NCBI GenBank assembly: GCA_903842595.1
Contig: CAIMMO010000217.1
Location: 588-64,587 of the forward strand
DNA from: an uncultured Alphaproteobacteria bacterium
Lineage (GTDB): Bacteria > Pseudomonadota > Alphaproteobacteria > Caulobacterales > Hyphomonadaceae
Direction of reading: 5' to 3'
DNA: 64,000 bases
Shown: positions 18,822-27,592 of the stretch, piece by piece
How positions within the stretch are numbered: position 1 is the first letter of the stretch
Layout: every line of letters starts with the position of its first letter
Program-made: the position numbers and the translations under genes
Notes under the pieces: model-generated
What the model was told of the DNA's origin: nothing
The model's input: only the letters and a program-made list of their open reading frames with translations
The model's database searches: none

Positions 18822-19850
18822 TCAATCGAACGTCAGCTCGTCATCGCCCAGCGGCGCGAACACCGCGTCCAGCTCCAGCTCACTCACGCCGCTCAGCCCG
18901 GCCGGATCCCATTTCGGCGCGTTGTCCTTGTCGATGATCGCTGCGCGCACGCCCTCCTGGAAATCATGGCTGTGCACCTGCCGGCTGCCGATCCGGTACT
19001 CCATCCGCATATTGTCCTCGAACGACTGCATCTGCAGCCCGAGCGATAATTGCCGGTGCGCGACCTTCAGCGTCCGCGGGCTCTTGGTCTTCAGCGTGGC
19101 CAGCTGCCTGGCCGACCATTCATCCGGCTCACGCGCCAGCGCCGCGAAAATTTCTTCGACGCTCGGCTTCCAGAATGTTCGCTGCATCGTGTCGAGATGC
19201 TTCTCGAACGCCGCCGATTCATCCCAGTCCATGGCCTCGAGAAGCCCCAACTCACCCTCGCACACCGAAGCCTTCACCGCCTCGACCACATTCGACTCGC
19301 AGAAATTGGTTGCGATCCCGGCCGAGCAGACATCCCCGCCCTTCAGCCGCTCTCCCGTCAGCGCCAGCCACATCCCCAGCGGCGGCCCTAGTCTCGGCAG
19401 GAACCATCCCCCACCGACATCCGGGAACAGTCCGATCCCCGTCTCCGGCATGGCAAACAGCGTCCGCTCCGTCGCCACCCGGTGCGATCCATGAACGCTG
19501 ATGCCCACGCCACCGCCCATCGTCACGCCATCCATGAAGGCGACATAGGGCTTGGGATAGTTCTTGATCCGCGTGTTCAGCCGGTACTCCGCCCGGAAAA
19601 ACGCCTGCGCCGCCGACCCGTCCGCCGCACCGCTTTCCGCCAGCATCCGAATATCGCCGCCGGCGCAGAATCCGCGCGTCTCCCTGGCATGGTCGACGAC
19701 CACCAGCTCGATCTCCGGATCACTCGTCCACGCCTTCAGGGCCGAATCCATTGCGAGGCACATCTCCTCGTTCAGCGCATGTAGCGCCTGCGGCCGGTTC
19801 AGCGTGATCCGTCCTGCAACGCCCTGTCGATGAATGATGATCTCGGCCAT
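18822..19850 (-). CDS. enoyl-CoA hydratase/isomerase family, 3-hydroxyisobutyryl-CoA hydrolase type
   Basis: Trimmed to ATG 19850 (MAEIIIHRQGVAGRITLNRPQALHALN). Contains FCAGGDIR. The ~340-aa length with a C-terminal extension is typical of HIBCH. Confidence 0.8.
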   Translation of the reverse strand: MAEIIIHRQGVAGRITLNRPQALHALNEEMCLAMDSALKAWTSDPEIELVVVDHARETRGFCAGGDIRMLAESGAADGSAAQAFFRAEYRLNTRIKNYPKPYVAFMDGVTMGGGVGISVHGSHRVATERTLFAMPETGIGLFPDVGGGWFLPRLGPPLGMWLALTGERLKGGDVCSAGIATNFCESNVVEAVKASVCEGELGLLEAMDWDESAAFEKHLDTMQRTFWKPSVEEIFAALAREPDEWSARQLATLKTKSPRTLKVAHRQLSLGLQMQSFEDNMRMEYRIGSRQVHSHDFQEGVRAAIIDKDNAPKWDPAGLSGVSELELDAVFAPLGDDELTFD

Positions 19851-19970
19851 GATGACGCCTCCGTCCCTCCGCCTAACATGCACGGCGCACGAATCCCAAC
19901 TGTCACGGAATCAGCCGAGCGTGCGCTGGGTGTAGCGTCCCGAAAGCACCCAATTCGAAGGAGGCGGCCC

Positions 19971-20189
19971 GTGCGCTGGCACACCGTTCGCTTCGACGCG
20001 CGCGCTAACCGCGTCGAGATCTACCGGCACGCCGACGATTTCTGCGATGGCGACCCGCTGATCCTGATCGACGCCAGCGTGGAGCGATTTGGCCAGTCGC
20101 CCGATGGCGCCGAAGCCCTCGCGGCGTGGGTGGGCCGTATCGTGCTGGCGGACAACCCGGCGGCCAGCAAGGCGTTGGGAATCGGGTGA
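19971..20189 (+). CDS. small hypothetical protein (72 aa)
   Basis: GTG 19971 is preceded by AAGGAGG at a 6-nt spacing. GC3 is very high throughout. Convergent with the acyl-CoA dehydrogenase gene, 9 bp between the stops. No family recognised. Confidence 0.45.
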   Translation: MRWHTVRFDARANRVEIYRHADDFCDGDPLILIDASVERFGQSPDGAEALAAWVGRIVLADNPAASKALGIG

Positions 20190-20198
20190 AGCTGCGAA

Positions 20199-21344
20199 CT
20201 ACTGCCGCAGCATATCCCGCGAGATGATCACACGCATCACCTCGTTCGTGCCTTCCAGAATCTGGTGGACCCGCAGATCGCGCACGATCCGCTCGACGCC
20301 GTAGTCCGACAGATACCCATACCCGCCATGCAGCTGCAGCGCATCGTTTGCGACCTTGAAGCCCGTGTCCGTGACAAAGCGTTTCGCCATCGCGCACCAG
20401 CGTGTCGCCTGCGGAGACTTCGCATCAAGCTCCTGCGCCGCGTTGTAGAGCATCACGCGCGCCGCCTGCGTCTCGGTTTCCATGTCGGCGAGCTTGAACT
20501 GCGTCGCCTGGAAATCCGCGATCGCCTGACCAAACTGCTTCCTCTCCCTGGTGTAGGACAGCGCCTTGTCCAGCGCATTCTGCATCCCGCCCAGAGAACA
20601 CGCAGCGATGTTCAGCCGTCCTCCATCCAGCCCCGCCATCGCGAACCGGAAGCCGTCGCCTTCGGCGCCCACGCGGCGGCTGGCCGGGATTCGCAGATCC
20701 TCGAAGATCACCTGACGCGTCGGCTGAGAGTTCCAGCCCATCTTCTTCTCGTTGGCGCCAAAAGAGATTCCCTTGTCGTCCTTGCGCACGATGAAGGTGG
20801 AGACGCCCTTCGGCCCATCCTGTCCCGTCCGCGCCATCACGACATAGACGTCGCTGACCCCGGCGCCGGAGATGAACTGCTTGGCGCCGTTGAGAATGTA
20901 GTCGCCGCCGTCCTTCACCGCCCTGGTCTTCAGCCCCGCCGCGTCCGATCCGGCCCCCGGCTCGGTAAGACAGTATGATGACAGGAACTCCATGGACGTG
21001 AGTTGCGGCAGCCATTCCTTCCGCATCTCCTCGGAGGCGAACCGGTCGATCATCCACGAACACATGTTGTGGATCGAAATGTAGGCGGCCGTCGAAACGC
21101 AGCCCTGGCTTAGCTGCTCGAAAACCAGAACGGCATCGAAACGACTGAGGGCCGATCCGCCGACGTCTTCGTTCACATACAGCCCCGCAAACCCCAGGCC
21201 TGCGGCTTCCCGGATCACGTCGACGGGAAAATGCTTCTTTTCGTCCCACTCACCGGCGAAGGGCCGCAGTCTTTCTGCGGCGAAATCGGCTGCCGTCTGT
21301 CTAATCAAAATCTGTTCAGGGGTCAGCACTGTCATACGGTCTGT
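20199..21344 (-). CDS. acyl-CoA dehydrogenase (isobutyryl-CoA dehydrogenase-like by context)
   Basis: Trimmed to ATG 21344 (MTVLTPEQILIRQTAADFAAERLRPFAGEWDEKKHFP). 381 aa. Ends in the ACAD motif QLHGGYGYLSDYGVERIVRDLRVHQILEGTNE. The upstream 380 codons of track ORF 20199..22484 are non-coding read-through. Confidence 0.9.
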   Translation of the reverse strand, partial: TDRMTVLTPEQILIRQTAADFAAERLRPFAGEWDEKKHFPVDVIREAAGLGFAGLYVNEDVGGSALSRFDAVLVFEQLSQGCVSTAAYISIHNMCSWMIDRFASEEMRKEWLPQLTSMEFLSSYCLTEPGAGSDAAGLKTRAVKDGGDYILNGAKQFISGAGVSDVYVVMARTGQDGPKGVSTFIVRKDDKGISFGANEKKMGWNSQPTRQVIFEDLRIPASRRVGAEGDGFRFAMAGLDGGRLNIAACSLGGMQNALDKALSYTRERKQFGQAIADFQATQFKLADMETETQAARVMLYNAAQELDAKSPQATRWCAMAKRFVTDTGFKVANDALQLHGGYGYLSDYGVERIVRDLRVHQILEGTNEVMRVIISRDMLRQ

Positions 21345-21437
21345 TCCGGCTTCGATTCCGGCGCTATCCATACGTCCAGTTCCTCGCGTACTCAAAGACT
21401 TCAGAAAACGACCTCCCGCGACAGGCCTGTCCTTCCC

Positions 21438-21998
21438 ATGGCGACTCTCATCGATGATCCCGCGCCCGCCTATCGCGTGCGCCCTGCGCGGGGCAACGAA
21501 ATCGGTGAATTGCAGAACATAGACCTGGCGTCGGCAACGCTTTTTCGCGGCACCGGTCTTATCGATTTCGGCCCGCTGGGCGAGCCGACCGAACCGATTC
21601 CCGAGGACAGGCTGCGCCGGGGTTTTGGCGAAGGGCTGATCTGGGTGGCCGTCGATGACCGGGAGGAGCTTGTGGGCTTTGCCCTGTGTTCCGACCGGCG
21701 GGAAGATCTCTACCTCGACCAGCTCTCGGTCCTGCCACGGCACAGCAGGCGGGGTCTCGGCACCCGACTTGTGCGCCGCTGCCTTCAGGAGGCCGAAGCC
21801 CGCGCCTTTCGGAGGGTGTCGTTGTCCACCTTCCGCAAGGTGCCATGGAACGGCCCCTTCTATCGCACCCTCGGTTTCCGCGAAGTGCCGGTCTGGCGAT
21901 TGAACGACTGGCAGCTGGAAATCCGCGAGTTGCAGCGACAGACGATGGACGTCCGCCTCCGCTGCTTCATGCAGCGGTCTGTGAAGCGTGCGCGTTAG
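21438..21998 (+). CDS. GNAT-family N-acetyltransferase
   Basis: Trimmed to ATG 21438. Acetyl-CoA site LSVLPRHSRRGLGTRLV (Q/RxxGxG/A). Confidence 0.75.
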   Translation: MATLIDDPAPAYRVRPARGNEIGELQNIDLASATLFRGTGLIDFGPLGEPTEPIPEDRLRRGFGEGLIWVAVDDREELVGFALCSDRREDLYLDQLSVLPRHSRRGLGTRLVRRCLQEAEARAFRRVSLSTFRKVPWNGPFYRTLGFREVPVWRLNDWQLEIRELQRQTMDVRLRCFMQRSVKRAR

Positions 21999-22070
21999 GA
22001 CGGTCCTCGCCGCCGATCCGTGACTTTTCGTTCCACGCCCGCTACCAAGCGGGGCAAGAAGGAAAGACCC

Positions 22071-23078
22071 ATGCCCAAGTCCCTGATCACCGGCGCTTTC
22101 CCGTCTTCGCGCCTGCGCCGCCTGCGCCAGCACGACTGGTCGCGCCGCCTGATGCGCGAGACGAAGCCGAGCCCCGACGACATCGTCTGGGGCATGATCG
22201 TCCATGACGGCAAGGAGCCGCGCATTCCGGTCAAGACGATGCCGGGCGTCGATCGCCTGAATGTCGACGAGGCCGCAAAGGCCGCCGTCCGCGCCCGCGA
22301 ACTTGGTATCCCCGCGATTGCCGTCTTCCCGCACATCAACGCGGCGAAAAAGAACGATGGCGGCGACGAGGCGATCAACCCCGAGGGGCTGGTGCCGACG
22401 GTGATCCAGGCGATGAAGGCCGCAGCACCGGAAGTCGGCATCGCCTGCGACGTGGCGCTCGACCCCTTCACCAGCCACGGCCACGACGGGCTGCTCAACG
22501 ATGACGGCTACGTCCTCAATGACGAAACCGTCGCCATGCTGACAGAGCAGGCCCTCATCCAGGCACGCGCCGGGGCCGACATTGTTGCCCCGTCCGACAT
22601 GATGGACGGCCGCATCGGCGCGATCCGCGACACCCTCGACGAGGAGGGGTTCGAGAACGTCATGATCCTGTCCTACGCCGCCAAGTACGCCTCGGCCTTT
22701 TACGGCCCCTATCGCGACGCGGTCGGCACGGCGTCCGTGCTGAAGGGCGACAAGAAGACCTACCAGATGGATTTCGGGAACACCGAAGAAGCCCTTCGCG
22801 AAGTCGCCATGGACATCGAGGAAGGCGCCGACATGGTGATGGTGAAACCGGGCCTGCCTTACCTGGATATCGTCCAGCGTGTTTCCTCCGAGTTCGGCAT
22901 GCCCACGCTGGTGTTCCAGATTTCCGGCGAGTACGCGCAGATCAAGGCGGCCGCCGCCCAGGGCTGGCTGGACGAGGACAAGGCGATCATCGAAACGATG
23001 TCAGCCTTCAAGCGCGCCGGCGCCTCAGGCGTGATCACCTACTTCGCCGAACGCGCGGCACAGCTGCTGGGAAAATGA
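22071..23078 (+). CDS. hemB: porphobilinogen synthase (delta-aminolevulinate dehydratase)
   Basis: Trimmed to ATG 22071 (MPKSLITGAFPSSRLRRLRQHDW). Contains MVKPGLPYLDI with the active-site Lys and YQISGEY-like FQISGEYA. Confidence 0.9.
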   Translation: MPKSLITGAFPSSRLRRLRQHDWSRRLMRETKPSPDDIVWGMIVHDGKEPRIPVKTMPGVDRLNVDEAAKAAVRARELGIPAIAVFPHINAAKKNDGGDEAINPEGLVPTVIQAMKAAAPEVGIACDVALDPFTSHGHDGLLNDDGYVLNDETVAMLTEQALIQARAGADIVAPSDMMDGRIGAIRDTLDEEGFENVMILSYAAKYASAFYGPYRDAVGTASVLKGDKKTYQMDFGNTEEALREVAMDIEEGADMVMVKPGLPYLDIVQRVSSEFGMPTLVFQISGEYAQIKAAAAQGWLDEDKAIIETMSAFKRAGASGVITYFAERAAQLLGK

Positions 23079-23285
23079 TCCGCCAGTGCAGTATCGCCTT
23101 CAGCCGCGTGTGGCGCGCTTGAAGCCGCCACATCAGACTTTCAAGCACAGCCCGCCTTTCCTGCGCCGCGGCTGAATCGCGGCCTGCGCTGTCCTGATCG
23201 AAGATCAAGCCGATCAGGTGCTCGACCTGATCGGCAAGAACGCTGGCCTGCTCGCGAACATTGGCGCTTTCGGTGCGGCGGTCCA
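23035..23285 (-). CDS. doubtful small ORF (83 aa)
   Basis: ATG 23285 with moderate GC3. Its last 44 nt overlap the convergent hemB 3' end. No SD and no family. Listed only because nothing else explains 23079-23374. Confidence 0.2.
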
Positions 23286-23374
23286 TGCGAGAAACCTCTG
23301 GAGCTGCCCCGCGACATCCCAAGCCAGGTGCGCCTCACACTGAGTCGAGTTGCACGAATTCGCAAGCGGGCGGC

Positions 23375-24334
23375 TCAGCTACCGCGGCCGATCGCCGTGA
23401 AGCCTTGCCCGCATGTCAGCGCGTTGCCAGCATCCGGCAGGACTTCGCCCGGCCTGATGCGCCCTTGCACAAAACGGAGCAGCACTGGCCGCCCATCTGG
23501 CTCGATCGGCCCCTCTACCACTGCATCGCGCACGAACACCGCACCCGACCCCGTGAGTGCGATGGCGCGAACATTCAGAGTTGAGCCTTCAAAGGCGGGC
23601 GGCGGCGGCGTGACCGCGTCGTCCGGCTGGCCTGCGGCTGTCGCCGAGGAGGATCCAGACATCAGCCCCCCCGATCGTACCATCTCGTCGGCAGCCTTCC
23701 GCACGTTCGCGCTGGCAAACCGCCGCGTGACGTCTGCGGACCGGCTGTGAACGCTGATATCGTCGGCGATGGCGCGGAAAAGACTGGCGTCCATCCCCGG
23801 CAGATACCCGAGCTCCTCGATCGTCTGGAACGGTCCGCGCCGAAACTCATCCGCTTTCAGCTGCGAAGGTTCTGGCTCGCTGCCGTCCGGCTCGACAGCA
23901 TTGCCGTCGTCTGCATCCGCCCCGAAACTGCGATAGGCGATCGCCGCCTGCGCCATTTCCCTGGCCGCCTCGCCGCTTGCGCCTGCAGCCGCGAAAAGCG
24001 CCGTGAGCAGCTCTTCGGAGGCCACATTGATGTCGATGCGCGCAGTCTCGGGACGCAGCTGCACCAGCAGCGTGTCTTCGCCATCCCGGCAGGCCCATGT
24101 GTCAGCGAAATTGCCGATTCGTCCGTCGGCGAACGCTCCCCATCCCAGCCGTACACCGCCATCGGCCAGCGCGCGAGCGCGCGTAAGCTCGGCGCCTGCA
24201 TTGACCACAACGGCGGAGGTGGACGCCTGCTGTGCGGCGGCGGCGGCGATGATCGACATCACCACCGCGCCCCACAACACCATCACAAGGGCGGCGCCCC
24301 TGTCTTTTGGCGTGGAGCAGCGCGCCTCGGCCAT
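23375..24334 (-). CDS. gspK: type II secretion minor pseudopilin GspK (putative)
   Basis: 319 aa. N-terminal pseudopilin-like segment RGAALVMVLWGAVVMSIIAAAA lacks Glu+5, which is typical of GspK. Starts 3 nt after the gspD stop. Confidence 0.7.
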   Translation of the reverse strand: MAEARCSTPKDRGAALVMVLWGAVVMSIIAAAAAQQASTSAVVVNAGAELTRARALADGGVRLGWGAFADGRIGNFADTWACRDGEDTLLVQLRPETARIDINVASEELLTALFAAAGASGEAAREMAQAAIAYRSFGADADDGNAVEPDGSEPEPSQLKADEFRRGPFQTIEELGYLPGMDASLFRAIADDISVHSRSADVTRRFASANVRKAADEMVRSGGLMSGSSSATAAGQPDDAVTPPPPAFEGSTLNVRAIALTGSGAVFVRDAVVEGPIEPDGRPVLLRFVQGRIRPGEVLPDAGNALTCGQGFTAIGRGS

Positions 24335-24337
24335 CCG

Positions 24338-26494
24338 TCACTCGCTCGCAGCGCGCCGTGCAGCGTCTTCCATTGCAGCGCCGACGCCGCGCATGCGGTC
24401 GGTGAGCTCCTTGGTCACGCGCCGCGCGTCATCGACGCCGCCGATGACACGCGGCGTGATCAGCACAACCAGCTCAGTGCGCTCGGTGCGCTGGTTCGTC
24501 GACCGGAAGAGCTCTCCGAGTCCCGGAATGTCGCCAAGCAGCGGGATCTTGGTGTGACCGTCGGTGACGCGATCACGGATCAGACCACCAAGCGCGATCG
24601 TCGAACCGTTGTCGACAGCCACGGTCGTCTTGATCTTGCGCTGCTGGATCGTCGGCGAGTCGATGCCGGACGTGCGCGTTTCGACCACGTTCGAGACCTC
24701 CTGTTCGATGTCCAGCATGACACGACCGCCTTCGTTGACGCGGGGGGTCACGCTGAGGATCACACCTGTATCACGCAGTTCCACAGAGTTCACGATGGGC
24801 GCGTTCGGATCGGTCGTCGAGACCGCCGTCTGCGTCACGATCGGAACCTGATCGCCGACCTGCAGGGTGGCGGTTCGGTTGTCGAGAACCATCAGGGTCG
24901 GCGACGACAGCACCTTCACGTCCGTCACGCTCGCGAGTGCGTTCAGGGCCGCGCGTCCATCCGTGCCCTGGGCGAGCACCGAGAAGCCGGGGAAGAGCGA
25001 CGCGACGGCGCCGCTTTCGAGATCGCTGAACTTGAATCCGAACTCACCCTCCTGCAGGAACCATGTCACGCCGAAAGAGAGTTCGTCGCTCAGCGAGACT
25101 TCGGCAATCGTCGCTTCCAGCATCACCTGATTAGGCGTGACATCAAGAAGCGTGATCACCTGCTCGAGCAATTTGAACTCTTCGGCTGACGACAGGATGA
25201 CCAGCGAGTTGTTGGCATCATCGGCATGAATGCGCGCGGGCTTGGCTGTCGGCGAGGAGATCGCCGGCACGACCACTTCCACAGCAGCGGGCGATGTGGG
25301 TGTCGTCGCGCTATCGGTCGAGACCGGCGTCAGCGCCGGGCTCACATTGTCAAAGCCGGCTTCGACTGTCGGGTCGGAAGTCGACAGGGTCTTCTGCAAC
25401 AGCTCTGCGACTTCCTTGGCCGGGCGGTTCTGCAGCGGGATGACGTGGAAGGACTGGTCCGCCATGCTGCCCGTGCGGTCGAGCTGCGCCATCCACGCCT
25501 GCACCTGGTCGAGATGATGCGGCTTGGCCGAGATCGCGAGTACGGAGTTGAGGCGTTCGATCGGAATGAAGCGAACAACGCCAGCCATCGGGGACCCGCT
25601 GGTTGCGCCGAACAGCTGCTCCAGTTCCCGTACCAGCAACGATGCCGACGTGTTCTTCACCGGCAGGACCGCAAACGACATGCCCGCCATGTAATCGACG
25701 TCGAACAGGTCGACCATTTCGAGCATGCTGACGATGTTGCGCGAGTCTTCCTTAAGGATCAGGAGATTGCGGGCCGTATCGACACGGGCGATGGCGCCCT
25801 CGCTGGCGATGGGACGCAGGATCTTCTCCATCTCCACGGCCGAGATATACTGCAGCGGGACCACCTGCACGCCGGGACCCGCACGAAGGTCCGAAGCGCT
25901 GGCGCCGTAGGCAACCACGCGCGAAGCCGTTGCAGCGGCGGAAGCGGGGGCGATGCGGTAGAAGCCGCCCTCATTGATAAGGACGAGTTCGTTGCTGGCG
26001 AGTGCGCCGGCCAGCATCTGGATAAGCGAGCGCTGGTCCACCGGTCGGGCCGTCTGGATCGTCACGCTGCCGGAGACCTCGCCTTCGATGACGTAGTTGA
26101 GGCCGAGCGTATCGCCCAGGATCTGCTGCACCGCGTCGGCAGTCGGCACAGCGACCAGCTTGACGACGATATTGCCACGACCGCTGCGGCTGGTCTGCGC
26201 GGCGGGATCAACGAAGCGACCCGTGCCCTTCTGGATGACCGGCTCCACCGATTGCTGCTGCGCGTCGGGCGAGAGGCGCACCTCTGCTTCCTGGCGCTGC
26301 TGCAGCTCAGGCGCTGTCATTGCGGGCTGCACCGGCGCCCTGCGAGGAGAGCCATTGTCAGCGACCGAGACGCATCCCGACAGGACGACCGCCGCGGCAG
26401 CCGATGCTGCAAGGCGCAGTCGGAATTGCGACCTCCGCCCGGCGCCGCCGATTGGCTTCAACACGCTAGACATAACCAACTCCACTTTACTCAC
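24338..26494 (-). CDS. gspD: type II secretion secretin GspD, with lipoprotein-type signal
   Basis: 718 aa. Repeated N-domains and a C-terminal secretin domain (VLSSPTLMVLDNRTATLQVGDQVPI...IPLLGDIPGLGELFR). The N-terminus RRSQFRLRLAASAAAAVVLSGC carries a lipobox. The GTG start overlaps the upstream stop (GTGA). Confidence 0.9.
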   Translation of the reverse strand: MSKVELVMSSVLKPIGGAGRRSQFRLRLAASAAAAVVLSGCVSVADNGSPRRAPVQPAMTAPELQQRQEAEVRLSPDAQQQSVEPVIQKGTGRFVDPAAQTSRSGRGNIVVKLVAVPTADAVQQILGDTLGLNYVIEGEVSGSVTIQTARPVDQRSLIQMLAGALASNELVLINEGGFYRIAPASAAATASRVVAYGASASDLRAGPGVQVVPLQYISAVEMEKILRPIASEGAIARVDTARNLLILKEDSRNIVSMLEMVDLFDVDYMAGMSFAVLPVKNTSASLLVRELEQLFGATSGSPMAGVVRFIPIERLNSVLAISAKPHHLDQVQAWMAQLDRTGSMADQSFHVIPLQNRPAKEVAELLQKTLSTSDPTVEAGFDNVSPALTPVSTDSATTPTSPAAVEVVVPAISSPTAKPARIHADDANNSLVILSSAEEFKLLEQVITLLDVTPNQVMLEATIAEVSLSDELSFGVTWFLQEGEFGFKFSDLESGAVASLFPGFSVLAQGTDGRAALNALASVTDVKVLSSPTLMVLDNRTATLQVGDQVPIVTQTAVSTTDPNAPIVNSVELRDTGVILSVTPRVNEGGRVMLDIEQEVSNVVETRTSGIDSPTIQQRKIKTTVAVDNGSTIALGGLIRDRVTDGHTKIPLLGDIPGLGELFRSTNQRTERTELVVLITPRVIGGVDDARRVTKELTDRMRGVGAAMEDAARRAASE

Positions 26495-27021
26495 TGGTCT
26501 TCACGGACTTTAAGGTCGACGACTTCGTCGCCATTGCTGATGCGCACGGTGCTGGCCGTGATGGATTCCACTTTCCAGCCATCGACGGTTTCACCGGCCT
26601 TGACCCAGGTCAGCACGGCGGCGCCGGGCGCCTGCAAGGCGGCGCGGGCGCCACGCTCCGAAATGATGACGCCTTTGACTGTCATCGCCGGCATGTCGCC
26701 CGGCGCATCTGGCGTGCTGCCTGCGCCGTCAGGTGCGGACGGATCGACATTGTCAGCTTTTGGCAGCGGCGCCTTGTCGGGGCCGAGTGCGCGCTGGCTG
26801 TTGAACATGGGACGGGTGAAGGCCTCGTCGCCGACAGGCGGGACGGCTGCAGCGGGCGGAACGGTGGGAACGACCACCTGCTCCGGACCGGCGTTCACGC
26901 GTGTCACCTTGGCGTCTGCGGTCAGGGACACGACGCCAGCGCCCGCCAGCGCGGCGCTGGCGCCGACGAGGAGCAGACCCAGGGCAAGTTTCGGGAGCGG
27001 CGTTCTGGACATGTCAGCCAT
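26491..27021 (-). CDS. GspC/GspN-like inner-membrane protein (HR/PilP-like domain only)
   Basis: N-terminal TM (LALGLLLVGASAALAGAGVV), a Pro-rich linker, and a C-terminal beta domain MTVKGVIISERGARAALQ...VKAGETVDGWKVESITASTVRI. ATG 27021 overlaps the upstream stop. Confidence 0.55.
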   Translation of the reverse strand: MADMSRTPLPKLALGLLLVGASAALAGAGVVSLTADAKVTRVNAGPEQVVVPTVPPAAAVPPVGDEAFTRPMFNSQRALGPDKAPLPKADNVDPSAPDGAGSTPDAPGDMPAMTVKGVIISERGARAALQAPGAAVLTWVKAGETVDGWKVESITASTVRISNGDEVVDLKVREDQ

Positions 27022-27592
27022 TCCTCGCGAACGCAAAGATGTCGAACGTGGCCTGCAGCAGCGGCGCCTCCGGATCATCGACCGGGCGGCGGCTGTCGCC
27101 CATCGTCTGGATATTGCCGCCAGCGACGATCAGTACGGGGCGCGCTGCGCTGATGGCTTCCAGAGCGCGATTGATCTGGTTACTGGTTCCGACAACGGCG
27201 AGACGGACGCCAACGCGGCGAACCGCGCCTTCCTGCACCACATCGAGTGTCTGCACCGAGCGAACCTGGGCTCCGGCGCGATCGAACACACGCTGAGCGG
27301 CCGACTGGACAGAGGCCGAGGACTGAGCGTCGCTTGCCGGGGCATACATGTCGACGGCAAACCGGGGGTCGCGCTCCAGGCGCGCCCATGCGGCGCGCAG
27401 GTGCGATGTCGACCCTGCCATTGAGCTGAGCGAGCTGACGCGCTTCTCGACCAATGCCACTCTGGCGTCGAGATCGAACACGAAGGTTGCCAGCAGCCAC
27501 CAGACGATAGCCGCGGCCGCCGCCAATGTGGTGAGGAGCAGCCCGACCGCGATTGCACGGCGCGACGACCGAGAGAGCGCGTGCAGCATCAT
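27014..27592 (-). CDS. GspM-like protein
   Basis: 192 aa. One N-terminal TM (AIAVGLLLTTLAAAAAIVWWLL) and a ~150-aa periplasmic domain. ATGA overlap with the L-like gene. The call rests on size, topology and position. Confidence 0.55.
   Translation of the reverse strand: MMLHALSRSSRRAIAVGLLLTTLAAAAAIVWWLLATFVFDLDARVALVEKRVSSLSSMAGSTSHLRAAWARLERDPRFAVDMYAPASDAQSSASVQSAAQRVFDRAGAQVRSVQTLDVVQEGAVRRVGVRLAVVGTSNQINRALEAISAARPVLIVAGGNIQTMGDSRRPVDDPEAPLLQATFDIFAFARNG

Noticed and set aside
21345-22484. The N-terminal 380 codons of track ORF 20199..22484 (761 aa).
   Set aside because: The acyl-CoA dehydrogenase homology begins at MTVLTPEQ (ATG 21344). The upstream part runs antisense through the GNAT gene and the hemB 5' region, so it is read-through and not a fusion protein.
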